From contig CBFDBS010000002.1 of the NCBI GenBank assembly GCA_965603105.1, positions 1-33,757 of the forward strand: DNA of 33,757 nt, read 5' to 3'. Each line of letters opens with the position of its first letter. The first letter of the stretch is position 1. This stretch comes from an uncultured bacterium. Lineage in GTDB: Bacteria; Acidobacteriota; Aminicenantia; Aminicenantales; Aminicenantaceae. The position numbers and the translations under genes are program-made. The notes below the pieces were generated by a model. It saw only the letters and a list, made by a program, of their open reading frames with translations. It was not told where the DNA came from and did not search any database. Of this stretch, positions 16,073-25,133 are shown one piece after another.

Positions 16073-17107
16073 ATGAAAGAGCTCAAGGACAAAATCGAAG
16101 GCCTGAGGCAGAGCTTCAACCGAGAAATCTCCTCTATCAAAGAAGATAATACTCTGCTTGAGCTCCGAAATTTGTATCTCAGCAGAAAAAGAGGACACCT
16201 GACCGGTTTATTTGAGGAGATGAAAAAAGTAACACCGGAAGACAGACCCGAAGCGGGACAACTGATCAATTCTTTCAAAGCGGAGATTCAGGAAAAACTG
16301 CAAGGAAAAAAAGAGGAGCTCGGAGTCCCGGCAGAGGTGGATGAAGGCCTTGACCTGACGCTCCCGGGGAGAATCCATTATTGGGGATCCCCCCATCCCC
16401 TGGCGGTTTTTCAGCAGCGCATCGAGGATATCTTTCAGGGAATGGGTTTTTCTGTGGAGAGCGGACCCGAAATCGAAACCGACTATTTCAATTTTGAAGC
16501 ACTGAATTTCCCTCCTCATCATCCGGCCCGGGATGACTGGGACACCCTGTACATCAATGAGAAGTTTCTTCTCCGGACGCATACGTCGCCGGTGCAGATC
16601 CGTGTCATGCAAAAGAAAAAACCGCCGATCCGCATCATCACTCCGGGTAAGGTTTTTCGGAAGGAATCCCCGGATCCGACCCATCTCCCCATGTTTTACC
16701 AGGTGGAAGGTCTGGTCGTCGATCACGGCATCACCATGGCCCATCTCAAAGGGACCCTGGAATTTTTTCTTAAAGCCCTGTTTCATGACAAGATCCAAAT
16801 CCGCTTCAGGCCAAGCTTCTTTCCCTTCACGGAACCGTCGGCGGAAGTGGATATCGAGTGTACCGTTTGCAACCGGAAGGAGCCCGGATGCCGTGTTTGC
16901 GGTGGTGGTGGATGGATCGAGATATTGGGAGCCGGCATGGTCGATCCGCAGGTTTTCAAGAATGTCAACATCGATCCCGAGAGATACTCCGGATTCGCTT
17001 TCGGCCTGGGCGTGGACCGGACGGCCATGTTCTATTATCAGATTCCTGACATGAGATATTTTTATGAAAATGATTTGAGATTCATAAGGCAGTTTTCACA
17101 GAAATGA
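16073..17107 (+). CDS. pheS: phenylalanine--tRNA ligase alpha subunit
   Basis: Class II motifs (HPARD, FRxE-like VFRKE, GAGMVDP..FGLGVDR). An ATGA overlap links it to pheT. Confidence 0.9.
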   Translation: MKELKDKIEGLRQSFNREISSIKEDNTLLELRNLYLSRKRGHLTGLFEEMKKVTPEDRPEAGQLINSFKAEIQEKLQGKKEELGVPAEVDEGLDLTLPGRIHYWGSPHPLAVFQQRIEDIFQGMGFSVESGPEIETDYFNFEALNFPPHHPARDDWDTLYINEKFLLRTHTSPVQIRVMQKKKPPIRIITPGKVFRKESPDPTHLPMFYQVEGLVVDHGITMAHLKGTLEFFLKALFHDKIQIRFRPSFFPFTEPSAEVDIECTVCNRKEPGCRVCGGGGWIEILGAGMVDPQVFKNVNIDPERYSGFAFGLGVDRTAMFYYQIPDMRYFYENDLRFIRQFSQK

Positions 17108-19164
17108 GAATCAGCGTCAATTGGCTCAAAGACCACATCGATCTGGACATCTCTATTCCCCTGTTGATCGACACACTCAACAGCATCGGACTGCTGGTTG
17201 ACGGCAAGGAAGAAGTAGAGAAGGATGTCATCTTGGAACTCGAAACCTACGCCAATCGTCCGGATACAAACGGCCATTTGGGAGTGGCTCGGGAACTGGC
17301 GGCCAAGCTGAGAAAACCTCTCAAGGAACAGATCTGGCCTTTGACCGAGGTCGAAGAAAAGACCTCCGATGCCGTCGGTATCGAAATCTTCGAGGAAGAC
17401 CTCTGTCCCCGTTATTCAGGAATCATTGTCAAAGGGGTGAAAGTCGGCCCGTCCCCTGATTGGCTGAGAAAGCGGATAGAGGCCATGGGGCTTCATCCTG
17501 TCAATAATATTGTCGACATCACCAACTATGTCCTTTATTCAACAGCTCATCCCATTCATGCCTTCGACCTGGCCCTGCTATCGGGCCCTAATGTGATCAT
17601 TCGCCGAGCCAAAAAGGGAGAGAAGCTGATGACTCTGGATGGAGTGGACTTGGCTCTCACTCCCGAGATGTTGGTCATCGCCGACGCGAAAAAGCCAGTG
17701 GCTTTAGCGGGCGTGATCGGAGGAATGGATTCGGCGGTGACCGAGAAAACCCAGGATGTTTTTATTGAAAGCGCCTGTTTCGATCCTGTCTCGATCAGAA
17801 AAACCAGCAAAGCAACAGGCCTGCAAACGGATGCATCTTACCGGTTCGAAAGAGGAGCGGATGTGAGCTGCCCTCCCAAAGCCGCCTTGATGGCTGCCTC
17901 CTTGATGACCCAGATGGGGGGGAAGGCCACTCAAGGGATTGTGGATGTCTATCCCATACCCAGGAAGAACAAGACCGTTATCCTGCGCAGCCACAGGATA
18001 CCCGAACTTCTGGGCGTTGAAGTTGAAGACGATTTTGTGGTCGAAACCCTGGCGAACCTGGATTTCTCACTTGAGGTCCAGCAGCAGGGAATCTGGAAGG
18101 TCAAGGTCCCCCATTTTCGGGTGGATATTGAGAGAGAAGCCGATTTGATCGAGGAAGTTGCCCGTTTTTATGGTTATGACAAAATACCCGCTCAGGTTCC
18201 GCCTTATACCGTTCTCGATGACGTTTCCGACCACAGGAAGCCCTTTATCAAGAAGATCCGGCAGCTTCTTTTTCACTACGGAATGGACGAGGTCATCAAT
18301 TTAAGCTTTGCCGATCCGGAAAAAGAGGCTCTCTTTCCAACGGGGTTATCGCCAGTTGGGATCCGCAATCCCATCTCTTCAAAAGCCTCTATCTTGAGGA
18401 CGACGCTGATCGCCGGCCTTCTCGAGAATGTTGCCTGGAACCTCAACCGGGGAGCTCTCGGTGCTCATCTTTTTGAAATCGGCAATGTCTATTGCTGGGA
18501 TGATGATGCCACCGAGGAGAATTTTTTCCTGGGGATGGTGACGACCGGGGAAATCGGAAAAAAATATTGGCAATACACGAGTGTGGATACGGATTTTTTC
18601 CGCTTGAAGGGAGCGTGTGAATCGTTCCTGGCCTACCTGGGATACACACCGTTGTCTTTCAAAGTATCGACCAATCCCTGTTTCGAATCGGGACATTCCC
18701 TGTGTCTTTATTACAAAGGAAAACGGATTGGATCACTTGGACGGATCAGAAAAAACATCACCGACAGTTATTCGCTGGAAACGCAGGTCTGGGGGGGGGA
18801 GTTTAACCTGGATGTTCTTTTTGAAAAGCAGCCTCAACCCTTCCAGTTTGAAACTGTCGTCAAATTCCCCAGCGTGATCCGTGATATCGCCTTTATCGTC
18901 GGCCAAAATGTGGTTTATGAAGATATTAAAGCCGAGATCACCCGGCTTTCGCTTCCTTTTTTGGATGAGTTTGACCTTTACGATCGTTTCCGGGGACCAT
19001 CCATTCCCAAGGGAAAAGTAAGCCTCACCCTGCGGTTTATCTTCAAGAATCTGAAGCGCACTCTGCAGGCGGAGGAAGTTGAGCCTTCTATCAAAAAGGT
19101 GATCAAGAGTCTTAAAGTAAAATTCGGATTTGAACTCAGAGAAGGGGGAAAAATTGACAAGTGA
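17104..19164 (+). CDS. pheT: phenylalanine--tRNA ligase beta subunit, short form lacking the N-terminal OB-fold (B2) domain
   Basis: MRISVNWLKDHIDL... runs directly into ...ELETYANRPD (the B3 start). B3/4, B5, the catalytic-like domain and the FDX-ACB C-terminal domain are recognisable. Size is 686 aa. Confidence 0.9.
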   Translation: MRISVNWLKDHIDLDISIPLLIDTLNSIGLLVDGKEEVEKDVILELETYANRPDTNGHLGVARELAAKLRKPLKEQIWPLTEVEEKTSDAVGIEIFEEDLCPRYSGIIVKGVKVGPSPDWLRKRIEAMGLHPVNNIVDITNYVLYSTAHPIHAFDLALLSGPNVIIRRAKKGEKLMTLDGVDLALTPEMLVIADAKKPVALAGVIGGMDSAVTEKTQDVFIESACFDPVSIRKTSKATGLQTDASYRFERGADVSCPPKAALMAASLMTQMGGKATQGIVDVYPIPRKNKTVILRSHRIPELLGVEVEDDFVVETLANLDFSLEVQQQGIWKVKVPHFRVDIEREADLIEEVARFYGYDKIPAQVPPYTVLDDVSDHRKPFIKKIRQLLFHYGMDEVINLSFADPEKEALFPTGLSPVGIRNPISSKASILRTTLIAGLLENVAWNLNRGALGAHLFEIGNVYCWDDDATEENFFLGMVTTGEIGKKYWQYTSVDTDFFRLKGACESFLAYLGYTPLSFKVSTNPCFESGHSLCLYYKGKRIGSLGRIRKNITDSYSLETQVWGGEFNLDVLFEKQPQPFQFETVVKFPSVIRDIAFIVGQNVVYEDIKAEITRLSLPFLDEFDLYDRFRGPSIPKGKVSLTLRFIFKNLKRTLQAEEVEPSIKKVIKSLKVKFGFELREGGKIDK

Positions 19165-19414
19165 AATAGAAAGGATTAGAATTCTTGAGGGGAAAATATC
19201 CCAAGTCGTCGATTACATCAATAAGCTCATCAGTGAAAATGAGAAGCTGAAAATTCAGGTCAAAGAGTTGAAGACAGATAATAAAGGATTGGAAGAATCG
19301 GCGAAGAAAGCGGAGAAATATGATGAGATTGTTCAAGAATACAAAAAGGAAAAGGAGGAAATCAAAGAAAAAATCGAGACCATTATCAGTCAAATAGACC
19401 AGATCGGACTATGA
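19154..19414 (+). CDS. small coiled-coil protein upstream of zapA (ZapB-like)
   Basis: Heptad-rich Lys/Glu sequence with an ATGA overlap onto zapA. The start is uncertain: TTG 19154 follows a GGGGG-rich SD, while TTG 19130 has no SD. Confidence 0.6.
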   Translation: MTSEIERIRILEGKISQVVDYINKLISENEKLKIQVKELKTDNKGLEESAKKAEKYDEIVQEYKKEKEEIKEKIETIISQIDQIGL

Positions 19415-19761
19415 TAGATAAAATTATTGAGATCGAAATTTACGGACAGAAATATAAAATAAGAGTCAAAGGAGAAGAGGATGAGAAATACATAAGCCAT
19501 CTCACTTCTCATGTTGATCAAAAGATGCATGAAGTTGCTGTTAAATCCAAATCTTCAGATATGTTCAAGATTGCAGTTTTGGCAGCTTTGAACATTGCCG
19601 ACGAATATTTCTTGTGCCAGAAAAAGCTTGATCAACTGAATGAAGTGTTAGGGCATATGGAAGTTGAATTTGAAAGCTTGGAGGAACATATCCATAGAGA
19701 TGAAGATCCCTTCAGGGCTATCGAGCCGGGATCGAAAAAAATCGAGGAAGTCAGTTCTTAA
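19411..19761 (+). CDS. zapA: cell division protein ZapA
   Basis: 116 aa. The pattern I..IEIYGQKYKIR...Y...L...V...M......S.D..KIAVLAALNIADEY is the ZapA family pattern. Confidence 0.75.
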   Translation: MIDKIIEIEIYGQKYKIRVKGEEDEKYISHLTSHVDQKMHEVAVKSKSSDMFKIAVLAALNIADEYFLCQKKLDQLNEVLGHMEVEFESLEEHIHRDEDPFRAIEPGSKKIEEVSS

Positions 19762-19944
19762 TAGAATAAATGGGACGAAGGAAAAACCGGCCTTCAAAAA
19801 AAATGAAAAAACAGACTCAATTTGAGTATTTGGAAAAGGTTGCGCAAGATGGATTACCAGTCAGGAAAGAACCAGATCGATTGAAAGTCTTTTAATCCTC
19901 CTTTCTTTCATCTCCTTTGACCTCCGAATAAGGAGGTGGTCGTT

Positions 19945-21507
19945 GTGAACATCGTTTTAATCATTGCTGTTTGTGTTATTGTTTTGCTTTCCGGAGCTTT
20001 GATTTTTATTTTGATCAGGAAAAAATCAGGCACAACCTCTCTTTTAAAGGCCAAACAAGAAGCAAAAAATATTTTTGACCAGGCCAAGGAAGATGCAGAA
20101 AAGATCAAAAGAGAGGCCAAAATCGAGGTCAAAGAAAAACTGATCAACCTCAAGGCCGATTTCGAGCGGCAGACCCGGGATAGACGCCACAAGTTCAATG
20201 AGACGGAAAGGCGTCTTGTGAAAAAGGAAGAGAATCTTGAGCGGAATTACCAAAATTTGGAGAGGAAAGAGAGAGAATTTTCCAATAAGGAGGACAGACT
20301 CTCCGGTAGGGAAAGAGAAATTGGCAATTTAGAGAGAAAGACCCAGGAGATCAACGACAAGGCACTCGAAGAGCTGGAACGAATCGCCAATATCACTCAA
20401 GAAGAGGCGAAAAGAGAGCTGCAGAAAAAAGTCGAAGATGAAGCAAAGCTCGAAGCCTTCCAGGTCATCCGCAAGATAGAGGAGGAGACCAAGGAAAAGA
20501 GCCAGGCTATCGCCCGGGATATCATCAGTCAGGCCATCCAGCGATCAGCGGCCGAGCATGTCGTGGAGACCACGGTTTCCGTTGTCGATCTTCCTTCCGA
20601 CGATATGAAGGGTCGCATCATCGGCCGTGAAGGCCGCAATATCCGCGCTCTGGAATTGGCGACGGGAGTAGACATCATTGTCGATGATACGCCCGAGGCT
20701 GTGATCCTCTCCAGTTTTGATCCCATTCGCCGGGAGATGGCGCGCCTGGCCATCGAGAAGCTCGTCGGCGATGGCCGGATTCACCCTGCCCGGATAGAAG
20801 AGATTGTTGAGAACGTGAAAAAAGAGCTGGAAGAGAAGATCAAACAAGAAGGGGAATCGGCGATGTTGGAGCTCCAGATCCAGGACCTTCATCCGGAGCT
20901 GGTGAAGCTTCTGGGCAAGCTCAAATACAGAACGAGCTACGGCCAAAATGTTCTCCAGCATTCCAAAGAAGTGGCTTTCTTGTCGGCAATCATGGCCAGA
21001 GAGTTGGGAGCCGATGTCAATGTGGCCTTACGGGCCGGACTGCTGCACGATATTGGGAAAGCTGTCGACAGAGAGGTCGAGGGGACGCACACGGAATTGA
21101 GTGTGGAGCTGACGAAAAAGTATGGAGAGAAGTCAACGGTCATCGATGCCATCGCCTCTCACCACAGGGACGTGGATTTCCCTTCCGTGGAGGCGGTACT
21201 GGTGCAGTCGGCGGATACGCTGTCAGCCGCACGTCCGGGAGCCCGCAGGGAGCTTCTCGAGGCCTATATCAAGCGGCTAGAGAAACTGGAAGAGATCGCC
21301 AAATCTTATGAGGGAGTGGCGAAAGCCTATGCACTTCAGGCCGGCCGTGAGATACGGATCATCGTCGAAAGCCAGAAGATTTCCGATGAAAAAGCCGCTC
21401 TGGCGGCCAAGGAGATCGCCCAGAGGATCAAGGATGATCTCGAGTATCCCGGAAAGATCAAGGTGACTGTTATCAGAGAGATGAGAGCCGTCGAGTATGC
21501 CCGATAA
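19945..21507 (+). CDS. rny: ribonuclease Y
   Basis: N-terminal TM helix, a coiled coil, KH ([15 protein letters not shown]) and HD (LLHDIGKA) domains. The start is probably GTG 19945, 8 nt after AAGGAGG, because the ORF-track GTG at 19936 lies inside the SD. Confidence 0.9.
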   Translation: MNIVLIIAVCVIVLLSGALIFILIRKKSGTTSLLKAKQEAKNIFDQAKEDAEKIKREAKIEVKEKLINLKADFERQTRDRRHKFNETERRLVKKEENLERNYQNLERKEREFSNKEDRLSGREREIGNLERKTQEINDKALEELERIANITQEEAKRELQKKVEDEAKLEAFQVIRKIEEETKEKSQAIARDIISQAIQRSAAEHVVETTVSVVDLPSDDMKGRIIGREGRNIRALELATGVDIIVDDTPEAVILSSFDPIRREMARLAIEKLVGDGRIHPARIEEIVENVKKELEEKIKQEGESAMLELQIQDLHPELVKLLGKLKYRTSYGQNVLQHSKEVAFLSAIMARELGADVNVALRAGLLHDIGKAVDREVEGTHTELSVELTKKYGEKSTVIDAIASHHRDVDFPSVEAVLVQSADTLSAARPGARRELLEAYIKRLEKLEEIAKSYEGVAKAYALQAGREIRIIVESQKISDEKAALAAKEIAQRIKDDLEYPGKIKVTVIREMRAVEYAR

Positions 21508-22300
21508 GATCCGCATCCTCTTTATAGGGGACATCATCGGCCGCCCGGGACGGAGAGCCCTGGAAAAGCATCTTTCCGGATTGATCAAGGGTCTGTCTCC
21601 CACTGCAGTCATCGCCAATGGAGAGAATGCCGCCGGAGGAATTGGCATAACGGAGAAGATCGGTCAAGAGCTCCTCTCCCGTGTGGATGTCTTGACATCC
21701 GGCAACCACATCTGGGACAAACGGGAGGCTGTCGAATACTTGAAAAAAGAGGTCCTCCTTCTGCGCCCGGCCAATTATCCGCCGGGAAATCCGGGTCGCG
21801 GCGCATGCATTTTTGAGTCGGACTCCGGGGCGAAAATCGGGGTTCTTAACCTTCAAGGCCGTGTGTTTATGGAGCCTGTTGACTGCCCTTTTCGGGTGGC
21901 CGATAGCGAGATCGAAAAGATCCGGAAGGTGACACCGGTCATTATTGTCGATTTCCATGCCGAGGCCACTTCAGAAAAACAAGCCTTGGGCTGGTATTTG
22001 GACGGACGTGTGTCGGCTGTTATCGGGACCCACACCCATGTCCCGACGGCGGATGAAAGAATCCTGCCACAGGGGACCGCCTACCTGACGGATGTGGGCA
22101 TGGTGGGCGGATACAATTCGGTCATAGGGATCAACCGTAATCAGGCCATAGCCCGGTTTCTGACGGCCCGGCCTCAGCACTTTGAACCGGGAAAAAACGG
22201 CAGCATTGTGTCCTGTGCCGTCGTGGATGTCGATCCGGCCACGGGAAAAGCCCTTTCCTTCCGGAGAGAAACAGTTGTCGAGGAAGAAAGTGAAGGATAG
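21497..22300 (+). CDS. ymdB: YmdB-family metallophosphoesterase (2',3'-cyclic-nucleotide phosphodiesterase)
   Basis: [23 protein letters not shown] and GNHIWD motifs, plus the conserved rny-ymdB pairing. Confidence 0.85.
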   Translation: MPDKIRILFIGDIIGRPGRRALEKHLSGLIKGLSPTAVIANGENAAGGIGITEKIGQELLSRVDVLTSGNHIWDKREAVEYLKKEVLLLRPANYPPGNPGRGACIFESDSGAKIGVLNLQGRVFMEPVDCPFRVADSEIEKIRKVTPVIIVDFHAEATSEKQALGWYLDGRVSAVIGTHTHVPTADERILPQGTAYLTDVGMVGGYNSVIGINRNQAIARFLTARPQHFEPGKNGSIVSCAVVDVDPATGKALSFRRETVVEEESEG

Positions 22301-23624
22301 AAACGTCATCCAATCGGACAGGATCTACACGGTCTCGGAAATCAACGGTCTGATCAAGGGGGAAATAGAAAGAACATTTTCTTCAGTTTGGGTCGTAGGG
22401 GAGATTTCAGATTTCAAGCGGGCCCATTCGGGCCATCTCTATTTTACGCTCAAAGATGAGGCCAGTCAGCTCCGCGTTGTCATGTGGCGCTCTTCAGCGA
22501 GCAGAGTGAAGTTCGAGTTGGAAAATGGGCTTCAGGTCCTCTGCCGGGGGCCTGTCAATGTCTATGAGCCCCGGGGGCAGTACCAGCTCATTGTCGATCT
22601 GGTCGAGCCCAAAGGAAAGGGGGCACTTCAGCTGGCTTTTGAACAGTTGAAAGAGAAGCTGTCCAAGGAGGGGCTTTTCAGCCAGGAAAAAAAGAAACAG
22701 CTCCCATCCCTCCCCTCGAAAATTGGGCTGGTCACATCTCCCAGAGGAGCGGCCATTGTCGATATCATCCGGACGCTTGAGCGCCGCTTCGCACGTCTGC
22801 ATGTCGTGATTTATCCGGTCAAGGTACAGGGAGAGGGAGCCGCCCAGGAGATAGTCGAAGGAATCGATTTTCTTGGTGGAGACCCTGAAATGGATGTCCT
22901 TATCGTCGGCCGGGGCGGAGGGTCCATGGAGGACCTGTGGGCTTTCAATGAAGAAATCGTAGCCAGGGCCATCTATCGCTGCCCGGTGCCGGTCATCTCG
23001 GCAGTCGGGCATGAAGTGGATTTTACAATTGCCGATTTTGTGGCCGACATTCGGGCATCGACTCCGTCGGCGGCGGCTGAAATGGTGATAGAGAAAGAGC
23101 AGGCTTTTGTCGAGCGGATCGAAAATTTAAAACAAAGGATTGTTTATCATCTTCGATTCATTCTTCAAGAAAAAAAACACAGTGTGAGCTTCCTTGTTCA
23201 GCACCGGGCTTTTCAGAATTTCCGGATCCGTCTCATGAATCTCGAACAGCGTGTCGATGAGCTGGAGATTAGGGCCGTCAGTGTCATCAAAAAGCTTCAA
23301 CAGAAAATAGTGGAAAGCAGGTCCCGTGCCCTCATCAGTGAAGAAAAACTGCTGTATGCCCTGAGGGAAAAACTCCAAAGCCTGACTGCCAAATGGGAAA
23401 GACTGTCCGCAGAGCTGCACAATCTCAGCCCTTTGAATATTCTGGAAAAAGGGTATACTCTGTGTTGGAAAGACGGCGGCCGCAGTCTCGTTCGCAGTAT
23501 CGAGGAGGTAGCGGAAAATCAGGAACTGGCGGTCTCCTTCAACAGGGGAGAGTTCACCTGCTCTGTGAAGGGAGTCAATCCCGGAAAGCGCATCGAAGAC
23601 CGCATGTCCAAAGACTTGAAATAA
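22290..23624 (+). CDS. xseA: exodeoxyribonuclease VII large subunit
   Basis: YTVSEINGLIKGEIE..F..VWVVGEISDFKR..SGHLYFTLKD (OB fold), with GRGGGS.EDLW.FN and SAVGHE.D motifs. I set the start at the in-frame GTG at 22290 after GAGGAAG. The ORF-track start at 22182 would overlap ymdB by 119 nt. Confidence 0.85.
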   Translation: MKDRNVIQSDRIYTVSEINGLIKGEIERTFSSVWVVGEISDFKRAHSGHLYFTLKDEASQLRVVMWRSSASRVKFELENGLQVLCRGPVNVYEPRGQYQLIVDLVEPKGKGALQLAFEQLKEKLSKEGLFSQEKKKQLPSLPSKIGLVTSPRGAAIVDIIRTLERRFARLHVVIYPVKVQGEGAAQEIVEGIDFLGGDPEMDVLIVGRGGGSMEDLWAFNEEIVARAIYRCPVPVISAVGHEVDFTIADFVADIRASTPSAAAEMVIEKEQAFVERIENLKQRIVYHLRFILQEKKHSVSFLVQHRAFQNFRIRLMNLEQRVDELEIRAVSVIKKLQQKIVESRSRALISEEKLLYALREKLQSLTAKWERLSAELHNLSPLNILEKGYTLCWKDGGRSLVRSIEEVAENQELAVSFNRGEFTCSVKGVNPGKRIEDRMSKDLK

Positions 23625-23625
23625 A

Positions 23626-23654
23626 AATTGGGGACAGGCCCCGATTAATTTTTT
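23626..23654 (+). terminator. palindromic repeat copy 1 (AATTGGGG-ACAGG-CCCCGATT) plus T-run; likely intrinsic terminator or attenuator after xseA
   Basis: 8-bp stem (one G:U) with a 5-nt loop, then AATTTTTT. It starts 2 nt after the xseA stop. Confidence 0.55.
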
Positions 23655-23677
23655 AGAAGAGAAGAAAGGAGCTCCAA

Positions 23678-23992
23678 ATGGCGGAACAAAACTTTGAGAA
23701 GGCCTTAGCGGAGTTGGAAGAGATTGTGGCCAACTTGGAAAAAGGAGGGCAGTCTCTTAATGAATCGCTTTCTTTCTTCGAGAAGGGCGTGAAACTGGCC
23801 AGATTTCTCAGGGGAGAATTGGATAAAGCGGAAAAGAAGACAGAAATACTTCTTGAAGATGACCAAGGGGAAATCAAAGCGGAACCTTTTGAACTGTCCG
23901 CAAATGAGAATCAGGAGAAGAGCCAGGAAGATGCGGATGATAAAGAAGAAAATTCAGACGACGATGGAAACAATAGCGATCTGCCATTTTAG
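23678..23992 (+). CDS. xseB: exodeoxyribonuclease VII small subunit with acidic C-terminal extension
   Basis: FEKALAELEEIVANLEKGGQSLNESLSFFEKGVKLARF... is the XseB helical hairpin. An AAGGAG SD is present. The last ~35 aa are Asp/Glu/Asn-rich. Confidence 0.85.
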   Translation: MAEQNFEKALAELEEIVANLEKGGQSLNESLSFFEKGVKLARFLRGELDKAEKKTEILLEDDQGEIKAEPFELSANENQEKSQEDADDKEENSDDDGNNSDLPF

Positions 23993-24254
23993 CCTGGATT
24001 ATTCACGAGTCGAGGTTGCTGCAGCTGCGAGGCGTGATGGATGCAGCTGTGGTACTTCACCGCAAGTCCATCACAACAAAGCAGATGCAGTGAGATCGGC
24101 TCGCCCGGAGGGTGAATTTGGCCGAATTTTTCTTGGTGACATTCAAGGAAAATGGAAAAAAATAAGGTTTGTCGAAAAATATTGTAATATGCAGATTATA
24201 GAGAAGGTTGATTACAGGGTCGGCCAAATTTATGAATAAGTCAGGTTAGATAAG

Positions 24255-25133
24255 ATGACGATTGAAGACGAACTGAAGAAGAAAAAGCTGGCGGTTGACC
24301 GAGAGCTGGAACAGCTGCTCAAAAAAGATGAGACACAGCTGTCTCAGGCGATGTGGTATGCCGTCTTTTCTGGAGGGAAAAGGTATCGACCTCTGCTGGC
24401 CCTCTGTTCTGGAGAGAGCTTTGGCGTTGGGCAAGAAATGCTGATGCCCTTTGCTTGCGCTACTGAGCTTATCCATAACTACTCCCTCATCCACGATGAT
24501 CTGCCCTGTATGGACAACGATGAGATGCGCCGAGGACAACCCACATGCCACAGGGCTTTCGGCGAAGACGTTGCGCTGCTTGCCGGAGACGCCCTCTTGA
24601 CTCTGGCTTTTGAGATCATGGCCCGGGCGCCCATGGAGAGGGAGTTGGGGCCGAGGAGAGAGAGGGCTATCCAAGAGGTTGGATTCAGAGCGGGGATTCA
24701 GGGAATGATCGGCGGTCAGCATCTCGACATCACTCTTTCTCCCGATGATCTCTCTGAAGCACAGCTGGAAGAACTCATATTGAAAAAAACGGGAGCTATG
24801 ATCATTGCCTCTGTAAAGATCGGGGCAATTTTAGGAGGTGCCTCATCCGGACAGCTCGAGCTCATGACGGCCTTCGGCCGAAATGTGGGCCTTGCTTTCC
24901 AAACACGGGACGACATCATTGATTCTTCCGAAGATCAAGAAAACAGCTCTCCGGCCAGACCTAACTCCGTTTCGCTTTTCGGCTGCCCAGAGGCGAAGCG
25001 AAGGCTTGAAAAGTTTGTTGGAGAAGCCATTCAAGCGTTGGACAAAATATCCATCGAATCAGACGCCCTGCGCTACCTTGCCATCGGCCTTCTGGAGGTC
25101 ACAAAGGATGAAGACAATGAATCAACTGCTTGA
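24255..25133 (+). CDS. ispA: (2E,6E)-farnesyl diphosphate synthase / short-chain polyprenyl synthase
   Basis: First and second Asp-rich motifs, LIHDDLPCMDNDEMRRG and FQTRDDIID. Confidence 0.85.
   Translation: MTIEDELKKKKLAVDRELEQLLKKDETQLSQAMWYAVFSGGKRYRPLLALCSGESFGVGQEMLMPFACATELIHNYSLIHDDLPCMDNDEMRRGQPTCHRAFGEDVALLAGDALLTLAFEIMARAPMERELGPRRERAIQEVGFRAGIQGMIGGQHLDITLSPDDLSEAQLEELILKKTGAMIIASVKIGAILGGASSGQLELMTAFGRNVGLAFQTRDDIIDSSEDQENSSPARPNSVSLFGCPEAKRRLEKFVGEAIQALDKISIESDALRYLAIGLLEVTKDEDNESTA

Noticed and set aside
23853-24239. 128-aa plus-strand ORF starting inside xseB.
   Set aside because: Its first 46 codons are an alternative frame of xseB. Only the 3' 49 codons are free-standing, and these are discussed as a low-confidence sORF in the findings.
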